64,000 nt of DNA from the human T2T-CHM13v2.0 reference genome, Homo sapiens. The stretch lies in assembly GCF_009914755.1 (NCBI RefSeq), contig NC_060937.1. One strand, given 5' to 3'. The notes under the pieces were generated by a model. The model saw nothing but the letters and a program-made list of their open reading frames with translations. It searched no databases and was not told the origin of the DNA. Made by a program: the position numbers and the translations under genes. Shown here piece by piece: positions 18,337 through 33,911 of this stretch. Position 1 is the stretch's first letter; each line of letters starts with the position of its first letter.

Positions 18337-20073
18337 TCCATGTAATCTGATAAGTACAAAATTATATTTCCCTTCTCTCTTTTCCTGAGCACTGTTCTTA
18401 TATAGGGTGAATTTCTGGCAGCCATGTGGAGCAATCAACTCAAGCTCCTCCACAGTTCTCACTTGAATTGTTTGTTTTTTTCTTTGTTTTTTTTTTTAAT
18501 TTTTAATTTTTATGGGTAGATAGTAGGTATATATATTTGTGGGGTATATGTGACATTTTGATAGAGGCATGAAATACACAATAATCACGTAAGGGTAGAT
18601 GGGGTATCTGTCGCCTCAAGTATTTATCCTTCATGTCACCAACAATCCAATTATACTCTTTTAGTTATTTTAAAATGTATTGAGTTATTTTAAAGCTATA
18701 TCTTCAGTACTTTTGAAGCTGTTTCTTGTTTTTATTTTTGTTTTTAGCCTAAATGCTGGACTTTACATCCTGTTATTCACAATCTCATTTTATTTAGCCC
18801 ATCACCTCAGCTTACCAAGATATTTAGAAATCCCAGTTGTCATTAAATATATTAATTTCTGACTAATTTTGTGTTTTTCTTAAATGTATAAGCATAACAT
18901 GCCATTTCCTATGTCTTTGTTAAAATAATGTTTGGCCTCACAGGTATAAGTATAATGAGCATATCACTAGAAACTTCTCTTCATATGCCATTATTCTTTG
19001 AGTCTCTTAATATTTCATATAAGTTCATTTTATCTACAGAGGATTACAAAAAATTGATAACTAGAGTACTATGGAAACCTATTCTCCACAAATTCCTGGA
19101 GATAATGATAAAGTGACACTTCGTGTTGTTTTTGTCATTCTTCTTAATACAATACTAGGCTCATGGGAGATACAAATAAAAAAATTTCTATGAGCCAGAA
19201 CCAAAGAGAGAACTAAAACTCAGAGTGATACACATATAATCTGTCATTGCAGCTGTCTTGGGGAGATGGAGAACCAGTAAGAGATAGATACTTGTGTATG
19301 AACATGCACTTGGGGACAAGAAATAAGGCCTAGGGCCTGAGTGAGATGAAAAATTGGAACTGAGATTTCCATAAAAGGCTGAATCTCATAAAGGACTGTA
19401 CCCCCATAAAAAGAGGAACAAGACTTTCCACTAATTGGCCCTGAAGACTACAAGGAAATTTATTCCTGACCCCAACTCTGGATAGAGGATGGAATTTTAC
19501 CTCGATAAATCAAAACCTGAACTGAAAACTTTTGAGTTTGGAATATAAATTTTAACCAGTTATAACATGCTGGAACTCCATGTTAAGAAATTAACATAAA
19601 GTTGGTCCTTGGCCCATAAGACCCCACGGTTACTTGCTAGAAATCAATGCAAGCTCTTTTCAGTTAGACGAATTTCACAAAGGCCCTACAACAAAAACAA
19701 GCACTGCTTAAGATGAATTCTTCATTTTTTTTAAATTGTAAAACTAACAAGCAATCAATCCACCATGAGTAAATATTAGCAGATATCACAAACGGGATGA
19801 TTGGAGTACCAAGAATCTTAGATAATGATCAACAAAGCAAAAGAAGCCATAACATAATATGTTAAATGATTGAAGAAAAAAGTTTCAGGAACAACAAGGA
19901 AATAAAACGATTATGGAAAAAACAGGAAGATTTTTAAGAGAACCAAATAGAACTTTTAGATAGGAAAATATAGTCATTGAAATAAAAAATCAGTGGGTAG
20001 AATATTAGACACAGACAGATTAGTGGAGTGGCAGATGGATTTGATGTCTATGGAACAACATTTTTAAAGTTCT

Positions 20074-20371
20074 TTTTTTGGGGGGCAGCAGGGAGACAGG
20101 GTCTCAATCAGTTGCCCAGGCTAGAGTGCAGTGGTGTGATCTCAACTCACTGCAACCTCTGGCTCCTGGGCTCAAGCAGTCCTCCTGCCTCACCTCCCAA
20201 GTAGCTGGGACTACAGGCGTATGCCACCACACCTGGCTAAGTTTTATGTTTTTTGTAGAGATGAGGTTTTGCCATGTTGCCCAGGCTGGTCTCGAACTCC
20301 TAAGCTCAAGCAATCCACCAACCTTGGCCTCCCAAAGTACTGTGATTACAGGCAAGAACCACTGTGCCAGC
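20074..20371 (-). mobile_element. AluJ
   Basis: Antisense Alu with TSD ACATTTTTAAAGTTCT. Confidence 0.88.
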
Positions 20372-20851
20372 ACATTTTTAAAGTTCTAAAAGAAGAAAAA
20401 ACTTCCAACATAGAATTATATACCCAGAGAAAGTATCTTTCAAAAACTTAAGTAAAATAAGCATTTTTTTGGACACACAAAAACAGAAAGAATTCATCAT
20501 TCATAGACCTTCACTAAATGAAATGTTAAAGGAAGTCCTTCAGGGAAAAAGAAAGTGATGCCAAAAGAAACTATGTGTCTACTCAAAAGAAAGAACAGTA
20601 TTAAAAATGGGAACTGAAAGGTTTTTTTCATATGTTGTATGAATCTCTTTAAAAGACAATTGACTTTAAGTAAAGACAAAGTAGCAAGGGGTTAATAATA
20701 TATGTAAATTAAAATGTGCAACAATAACACAAAGATCAGGAGAAATGGAAGTATACTATTGTAGGTTCTAGAATGCTATACACAAAGAGGTATAATAGCA
20801 CTTGGGGAAAGACCATGGTAAGTTAAAGATATATACTATTAACCCTAAAAC

Positions 20852-20854
<3 letters not shown>

Positions 20855-20889
<35 letters not shown>

Positions 20890-21098
20890 GAGACTGAGTC
20901 TTGCTCTGTCACCCAGGCTGGAGTGAAGTGGCACAAACAATTGTGGGCACACCCCAGGTTCAAGTAGTTCTCCTGCCTCAGCCTCCCAACTAGCTGGGAT
21001 TACAGGCACCCGCCACCACACCCAGCTAATATTTGCGATCCACCTGCCTTGGCTTCCCAAAGTGCTGGGATTACAGGCGTGAGCCACCACTCCTGGCC
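20855..21098 (-). mobile_element. AluS with internal deletion and long T tract
   Basis: Antisense Alu with part of the left arm missing near 21030. Flanks aaa(a/g)caact. Confidence 0.85.
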
Positions 21099-21127
21099 CA
21101 AAGCAACTATTAAAATAACAAATTGAG

Positions 21128-21420
21128 GACCAGGGACAGCAGCTGACAGCTGTGATCCTAGCACTTTGGGAAGCTGAGGTGGAGGATCCTTTCAGCCCAG
21201 GAGTTTGAGACCAGCCTGGGCAACACAGCAAGACCCCATCTCTAAAAAAAAAAAAAAATACCAATTAGCCTGTAGTCTCAGCTACTAGGGAGGCTAAGGT
21301 GGGAGGGTTGCTTCAATCCAGGGGTTTGAAGTTACAGTGAGCTGTGCCTGCACCATTGTACTCTACCCTGGGTAACAGAGCAAGACCCTGTCTCTAAATA
21401 ATAGAATAAAATAAAAATAA
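21128..21420 (+). mobile_element. AluJ (Jo-like)
   Basis: Diverged dimeric Alu with A-rich linker and tail. Confidence 0.8.
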
Positions 21421-22286
21421 ACAGCAAATCAAAAAATGACAGCTAATAGGCAAACCAAGGAGATAAAGTAGAATCATATAGTAATTCCCAATTAATTAAA
21501 AAAAAAAAGCAGACTAAGAGGAAAAAAGGGGTAAAGAACGGGTGGAAAAATATAAAACAACACAGTAATAGATGTAAACCTCACAATGTCAGTAATCACA
21601 TTAAAAATAAATGATCTAAAGGCAATTAAAAGGCAGTTAGTATCAGACTGAGTGAAAGGTGAGACCCAAGTATAAACTATAAGAAGTGTGTTTTACATAT
21701 AAAGACACCAATAGCTTAAAAGTAAAAGGAAGGAAGATGATATACAATGAGAATACTAGTCAAAAGAAAACTGGAGTGACTTTTTAAATATATCAAAGTA
21801 GATTTCAGAGCAAAGAACATTACCAGGGATAAAGAAGGTATCATGAGGGCCAGTCTGCCAGAAGACCATAACACTCGTAAATGTTTATGCATCTAATAAC
21901 ATGGTTTTGAAATATGTGACCCCAAAACTGATGAAACTTTAGGGAGAAATAGATACAAGTTATAGATAGAAATTTTAATATTTTCAATAATTTATTGAAG
22001 ATATTAATTGATAGAATAAGTAGGCAGAGAATCAGTAAAGTACAGCAGACTTGAACAAAACAGTCAACAAACTTGCTCTCATTGACATCTGTAGAACATT
22101 CTATCCAACTAAAGTTTGTTTTATTTATACATTATTTTCAAGTACGTGGAGAAATATTTATCAAGACAGACAATATTCTAGGCCATAAAATAAATCTCAG
22201 TAAATTTGGAAGGATTTAAGTCATGCAAAGTATGTTCTCTGATCAAAATGGAATTGAAGTAGGAATTAATAACAGAAAAATCTCTG

Positions 22287-25370
<3,084 letters not shown>

Positions 25371-26506
25371 GAAAACACAATATACCAGAATTTATGGTAT
25401 GATGCCATAGCAGTATTTAAGGAGAAATTTACAGAACTAAACATCTATATTAGAAAACAAGAAGGGACTCATTAACAGTGACTTTGACTTCCACCTTAGA
25501 ATACCAGAGAAAGAAGAGTCTCCTAAGCAGAAAAAAGGAGAGATCAGTAGAAGTTCATGAAATAGAAAACAGAAAATAGAGAAAAATCAATGAAATCCAA
25601 AAGCTAGTGTTTTGATAAGCTCAATAAAATTGATAAATCTTTAGCCAGAGTTAACAGGGAAAAAAAAAAAGAGAAAATGCAAATTATCAATATCAGGAAT
25701 GAGTGAAGTGACATTACTACAGAGTCTAGGTATATTTAAAGGATAATATGTAATATTATGAACAACTTTATACTAATAAATTTGAAAACTGAAATTTTAA
25801 AAATCTTTGAAAAATACAAATTGTGAAAGATTACTAAAAAAGACATAGATAATCCTAATAGTTCTGTATCTACTAATGAAATTGAATTTAATGTATAGTT
25901 AAAACCTTCCCACAAAGAAAGCTCCAGGCCCACATGCCTTTACTGGTGAATTTTATGAAAAATTCAAGGAAGAGGCAATGCAAGCTTTACACAGACTCTT
26001 TCAGAAGTTGCAGAAGTGAAAGACTTTCCAGCCCATTCTATTAGATCAACATTACCTCTTGTCAAAACTAGACCAAAATGATACAAGTAAAGAAAACTAT
26101 AGGCCATCATTCTTTATGATAATGGGTACAAAAAACTAAACAAAATTTCAGTGGATAAAATCCAGCAATATGTAAAAAAGATAATACATCATGATCAAGT
26201 GAAGTTTATCTCAGTAATACAGTGTCGGATTAACATTCAAAATTAAATTAGCGGTGTATGCCCAGAAGAAATGAAAGCAGAGGCTCAAGCAGATATATGT
26301 ACACCCATGTTCATAGCAGCATTGTTTACAATAGCCCAAAGGTGGAGGCAACCTAAATGCCCATCAACACATGAATGAATAAATAAGTTTGGTGTATACA
26401 TACAGTGGAATATTATTCAACCTTAAAAGGGTAGGAAGTTCTGACACATGCAAATGAACCTTGAAGACATATGCTAAGTGAAATAAGCCAATCAAGAAAA
26501 GGACAA

Positions 26507-27034
<528 letters not shown>

Positions 27035-27184
27035 TTAATACAGTAAAAAATTAAAAGATAACATATGTGGATTACTTAGTGAAGTATCTGAAACATAGTT
27101 TAATGGTCCAATAAATATTAATTCCTTTCAAAAAAAAAAAAGGAAAGCAGTGTTGACAAGGATGTGGAGAAATTGGAACCCTCT

Positions 27185-27509
<325 letters not shown>

Positions 27510-27659
27510 TGGAACCCTCTTAACAGTGTTGGTGGGAATGTAAAATGTAGCCACTTTGAAAAACAGTTTGGTAGTTCCTCAAAGAGTTAAATATAAAGTT
27601 ACGTTGTGACACAGCATTTTCACTCCTAGTTATGTACCCAACAGAACTGAAGGCATATA

Positions 27660-28822
27660 TAGTCATGTGTTGCTTAATGACAGTGACACATTCTGAGAAA
27701 TGCATTGTTAGGCGATTTCAGTGTTGTGTGAATGTGAGAGAATGTACTTACACACCTAGATGGGATTGCTTACTACATGCCTGGGCTAGAGGGTATAGCC
27801 TGTTGCTCCCTAGGCTTGCACACCTGTACAGTGTGTTACTGTTATGAATACTGTAGGCAGTTGTAGCACAATGGTATTTGTTACAATAAACATATCTAAA
27901 AATAGAAAAGGTACAGTAAAAATTTGCTGCAAAAGATTTAAAAAATGTTATGGTATGCCTGGATAGGGCACTTACCATGAATGGAGCTTGCAGAACTGGA
28001 AATTGCTCTGGGTGAGTCAGTGAGTGAGTAGTGAGTGAATGTGAAGGCCTTGGACATTACTGTACACTACTGTAGACTTCATAAACACTGTACACTTAGG
28101 CTATTAAAAATATTTTTTCAATAATAAACCTAGTGTACTCTATTTTTACTTTATAAACTTTTTAATTTTTTCAGCTTTTCAACTTTTTTGTAATAACAGC
28201 TTAAAACACAAACACAACTGTACAAAATATTTTTTCTTCATACCTTTATTCTCTAGGTTTTTTGGTTTTTTAAATTTTTAATATTTTTGTTTTACTTTTT
28301 AAACATTTTTGTTAAAAACTAAGACACAAACACACGCATTAGCCTAGGCCTACTTAGGGTCAGGATCATCAGTATCACTGTCTTCCATCTCCACAGCTCG
28401 TCCCACTGGAAGGTCTTCGGGGCCATAACACCCATGGACCTGTCACCTCCTATCATAACAATGCCTTCCTCTGGATACTTCCTGCAGGACCTGCATGAGG
28501 CTGTTTTACAGTTTACAGTTAACATTTTAAAATATATATATAAATAGAAGGAGTACACTCTAAAATACTGATTTTAAAAGCATAGTATAGTAAATACATA
28601 AACCAGTAACATGGGTCATTTAGTATCATTATCAAGTAACATTATTGTAGGTGCTGTACTTTAAATGACTGGCAGCACAGTGGGTTTGTTTTCACCAGCA
28701 TCACCACAGACAGGTGAGTAATGCATTGTGCTAGAACAGCCACGCCCTTTCAGCCCCATTATAATCTTATGGTGCCACAGTTTCCATCACTGACTGAAGC
28801 ATCGTTATGTGGAGCATGACAG
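27660..28822 (-). mobile_element. Tigger3-type (Tigger3b-like) TcMar DNA transposon, non-autonomous
   Basis: Terminal inverted repeats (t)AGTCATGTGTTGCTTAATGAC ... TCGTTATGTGGAGCATGACAG with TA on both sides. The host L1 sequence reads through across the insertion. Confidence 0.85.
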
Positions 28823-29326
28823 TATTCACACAAAAACTCATATGTACCTCTTCATAACAACGTTATTCATAATGGCCAAAAAAATGGAAATAACCTCAAT
28901 GTCCATCAGTGATGAATGGATAAACAAAATGTGATATATATATATACAGTGAGTTATTTAGCCATTTAGTAATGAAGTACATGCTACAAAATGGTTGAAC
29001 CTTGGAAACTTATGCTAAGAGAAAAAAGCCGCACACAAAAGGCCATGTATTGTATGATTACATTTATATGAAGTGTCAGGAATAGGAGGGAATTCACAGA
29101 GAAAGATAATAGATTAGTGTTTTCCGAGGATGAGGGAAGTGGGAGTTGGGAATATAGAGTTTCATTTTGGGATGATGGAAATGTTCTGGAAATAGATAAT
29201 AGTGATGATGCACAACATTGTGAGTAACTAATAAACAGTGAATTATACACTATAAAATGTTTAAAGTGGTGAATTTTGTGTTATGTGAATTTTATCTCAA
29301 TACAAAATTTTAAAAATCAACAAGTG

Positions 29327-29656
<330 letters not shown>

Positions 29657-31472
29657 CTACAAGAAAGAAAACTGCAGACCAATATCTCTCATGAAAAAAA
29701 AAAAAAAAACTAGCAAATTGACCCCAACCATATATTAAAAAGAATTACACAGCATGACCTAGTGGGATTTATTCCAGATAGGCAAAGCAGGTTCAGCATT
29801 CAAAAATCAATGTAATCCATTACGTCAACAGGTTAAAGAAGAAAAATCATGTTATTATATTAATTAATGTGGGAAAGCATTTGGTAAAATCCAGTTCATT
29901 ACAAAATATTCCCAGCAAACTAGGACTAGAGGGGAGCTTCTTCAATAAAGAAATATCTATGGAAACCCTGCAGCTAACATCATCCTTAATGGTGAGAAAA
30001 GAGATGCTTTCCCTCTAAGATCAGGATCAAGGCAAGAAAGATGTCCCCCTCACCACTCCTGTTAAAGAAGTATAGCCAGACATCAAACCCATGTTTTTTC
30101 TTATGAATTTCTGAAGCTTAGTGATAAGTTATGTATCTTTGAAATTTTTTTTCAATAAAAGAATCTTTTTCACCTTAAACAGAAGTATGTGATCTGAGTT
30201 TTGGGGTTTTTTTTGTTTGTTTTTGTTTTCTGGTAGTCATAGGTAGCCTGACACTGAGAGAGAGAACCAACTTTGACATCAGGGAGAATAGGGTTTTGAT
30301 TCTTTGTCATTCATTGGTTTTGTAGCTTTGAGCAAGCCACTTAACATTTCTAGCCTCTGCCTCCTCTGGCACAGGAAGGCTGCTCAGAGGACTAAAGCCC
30401 CTTATCATCTAGGGCTACTGTCATCCCCTTGGGCTCGAATATGGTAGATAGAAGGCTAAAGGCCCCCTCAGTAAAAAGAGGGGTGAGGTGTTAGGGGCCA
30501 CTTTCTGCTTGAAATCGACTTGAGTATACTTGAACTCATTAGAGAGTTCACTTTTTATTCCATCACTGATAGAACTTGAATTGAACATTTGACGATAGAG
30601 ACATAAAAAGATCTTCACGAGTTTCTCCAAGAAGTCACATCTTTTAGTTAAAGCCTGTGTTTTGATCTTGATGGTGACTGGTACTCCGAAAGCAGTTGTG
30701 TATTGTAGAGACATCACAGTGTCACTGCTTCCCTATTCCCTTAGATTCTCCAAGCTTCAAATACCAGCTCTTAAAGCATCAGGCATTTGTTGAATGACTG
30801 CCCTGTGGCTGTTCATGCTGGTTCTGACTGTATTGTATGGTAGCAATCCCAAAGGGCCATCTTGCTAAGGTTGTATTTGTTGTAAAATGATGAAATCATC
30901 CACTTTGCAGGGTCATTACAATGATTAAGCTAGAGAATGTATTTAAGTGCCTGGCACTTGTAAGACATTCAGAAATTGGCAGATGGTATTATTATTGTCA
31001 GCAGAGCCGCATTTGTCCATCCATACTGTCTAACTCTGTTTTCATGATCAAAATGTGAAACCAGTGTCTTCTCTGTGACCTCACCACAGTCATGATGAGT
31101 GTGTTCATGCCCCATCAGACTGCCAGCCCTTGGGAGCAGGGCCCAGTGAGATCTAGGTTGCAGGATGTCAGTCTTTGTTCATTCCAGTCAGCTGTGTTCA
31201 GTGACTGCAGATGCCCTCCACTTTACTGCCTGGAATATAAAATAAGAAGGCAAAAATCCTTCCACCTGATTTCATTTGGTAACTGAGAAGCTGTAAGACC
31301 TCAGCCAAACTACTCCACCTCATTGTGCCTCACTTTGTCCATATGTAAAATAGGGAGATGGGTTAACTGATATGAATAGCCTCTTCTAATTCTGGAATTA
31401 CGTGATGTGATAACTGTGATCATATTGCTCTTGTTTATTAACAACTCTAGGAAATTTGCTCTTATTATCATT

Positions 31473-31475
<3 letters not shown>

Positions 31476-31515
<40 letters not shown>
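31476..31515 (+). repeat. (CA)20 microsatellite
   Basis: Direct read. Confidence 0.97.
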
Positions 31516-31517
<2 letters not shown>

Positions 31518-32109
31518 TAACATAAGGGATACTTCACTTTCTTCTATGTGGTTCTTAGGAATAATTCTGTCCTCCTTTCCATGCATTTAATTTCTGAAAG
31601 AAAGTGTTCATCTAGAACTTTTGTATGGCTTTATAAGACAGACTTCATTAAAAGATTAACAGTATGCTCCAGTTTTTTTGTAAGTGCACATAAACTGACG
31701 GTAGTGATATTATATGAACATCACTCCTAATGTGTTTTGTGGTCACACTGGATGTGGCTCTCTCCAGTCCAGCAGCCCTAGCGTGTCTGAGGGAGGTGGC
31801 CCAGGCCCTTTGGTTACAGGAGCTATGTGTGGCAGTAATCCTTGGGTTGGCACAAGTGGGGCAGGAGGGGGAACATTGGGAAGAGATGGATAGTTTTTTT
31901 TTAATCACCCAAAACACTCAGACACGCCTGTTTAAAGGGGAATACCCCCAACCCCCACGAGAACCACTGTTCTACCTTGTCCTTAAAATGGTTCTGCTGT
32001 TCAGCTTATTCTGGGGTGGGGAGAAGAGAATGGTGCATCTCTGTGGGCCATGTTCTTCCAACCTCCTTAGGATGCTTTATAGGTTGTTTTCTTTTCTCTT
32101 GGTTTTCAG

Positions 32110-32260
32110 CGCATCAGAGCAGAGTGACGATGATCCTGTTTGTCCTGGAGCTGGAGTGGGTGCTGAGCACAGGACAGGACAAGCAATTTGCCTGGCACTG
32201 CTCTGAGAGTGGGCAGCGCCTGGGAGGTTATCGGACCAGTGCTGTGGCCTCAGGCCTGCA
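32110..32260 (+). CDS. WDFY2: WDFY2 internal coding exon (exon 5, 151 nt): AHQSRVTMILFVLELEWVLSTGQDKQFAWHCSESGQRLGGYRTSAVASGLQ
   Basis: Acceptor cttttctcttggttttcag|CG and donor CTGCA|gtatcctttg. The peptide is visible inside ORF 31977..32300 and is WD-repeat-like (LSTGQDK..AWH). Confidence 0.95.
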
Positions 32261-33527
32261 GTATCCTTTGCTGGACAAAAATCTCTTAGTGGGAACTTAA
32301 CTGTTGTCCTCTTTGATTCATGAAATTTTGGGGTATGTGCAGCTTGAAAGTTTTGTTAATGACAGTTGCCCAGTGTGGATTACAATGCTCATAGAATTTC
32401 CTGAGGCACAAATCATTGAGTTCCCATGTAAGTAGAGTGAAGTGCGGTCACTTGACCTGAAATAATAGACTGCTGAGCCATTTGTGAGCCTACTGTAACA
32501 TGAGGTGTGACATCTAGACAGAACACAGTGCAGATTCATGAACCTCAGCTGTCAGAAATAATTATGGTACATGAAGATGAAATCACCAAAATGTAATCTT
32601 TGCTCTTTGTACAGAAGTAATTTACACATAGATACCAAAGTTGTGAACATTCCCATTGGTGCCTGGGAGAAGAACCATAGGAATCCTGTTCAGTTTTAAA
32701 TAGTTATTGAGAGGTTACCATGCCAGGACCAGAGTGGGTGAGCTGGTATCTACATGGTAATGTTAAAAGCTTTGTTCCAGGAATGAGACACTTTCAGATT
32801 ATATAGAGGGATATTTTTGTCCCCCTGATTGCCAGGGTCCTCATGCTCATGGTGAATCCTTGCTGATGCTGGGTAATGCTCACAGCTGCCCGACTAGGCT
32901 CCGGCAAGCACAGTATTGACTAGTGTGTAGCATGTGTGGATGCAGGTACCATTGTAAGGAGTAAACTGGGTTCTTAGTTTAAAAAGCATATGGTCTTTTT
33001 ATCTTCTGACAAATTGAGAGGTAGGTAGAAACAGGTCACTTGTCAGCAAAAGCAGGAAGAAACAGTAAGTCCTGCTTTCTAATTTCATCTCCATATTTAT
33101 AAAATGCCTATTCAGTGATTCGCAACATCTGACAAAGTACATTGCAGTTTCTTTGAAACTGTGCGGCATTCAAAGGTATATTTTTATGTATATATATGCT
33201 AATATCACTCTTATTTTTCTCACTGGAAGAGCAAGGTGAAGAAACTTAGAATGACCATTGTGGAAAGTTGTAAAAGTAGCAAGTTGCCAAGAAGACCAAA
33301 GGCAAGGATGATAAGGAATGGCAGGCAGGATCAGCTCATCTTTGAGAGGGTAGTAGTACTTGTTAATAAAAGAAACTCCAAACTTTACTTTTTAAAAGCC
33401 AATTCAGATGAGCATAATACTTAAGTTGAAATACATGAACTCTCTTGCCAATACATAAATGACTTCTTATAGTGTTAGAGCTGGAAGCACTTAGTGTTAG
33501 CACTTAGAGATCACCTAGTTCAACCCT

Positions 33528-33850
33528 CTGTCTTTATCCATTCGGGCTGCTATAATAAATTACTGTAAACTTGGTGTCCTTTAAACAACAGAAATTTATT
33601 GCTTACAATTCTGGAGGCTGGGAATTCTAAGATCAAGGCACCAGCAGATTCAGTGTCTGGTGAGGGCACTCGCTTCCTGCTTCGTAGACAACATCTCACT
33701 GTGTCCTCACATGGTGAAAGGGCAGAGGAGCTCTCTGTGGCCTTTTTTTTTATAAGGGCACTAATCCCATTCATGAGGATTCATCTACAAACAACATCAC
33801 ACTGGGAATTAGGTTTTGACATATGAATTTTGGGGAGACATAATCATTCT
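33528..33850 (-). mobile_element. MaLR solo LTR (MLT1A-like)
   Basis: gggctgctataataaa...aacagaaatttattgcttacaattctggaggctggg...ataagggcactaatcccattcatgagg. Confidence 0.8.
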
Positions 33851-33851
33851 G

Positions 33852-33855
<4 letters not shown>

Positions 33856-33885
<30 letters not shown>

Positions 33886-33911
33886 TTCACACACACACAC
33901 AAACACACACA
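33856..33911 (+). repeat. Compound (CT)n-(CA)n microsatellite
   Basis: Direct read. Confidence 0.9.

Noticed and set aside
31730-32300. ORFs of 158 aa and 107 aa as stand-alone genes
   Set aside because: The 107-aa ORF is exon 5 plus intronic read-through. The 158-aa ORF is an overlapping off-frame ORF with no recognisable motif.
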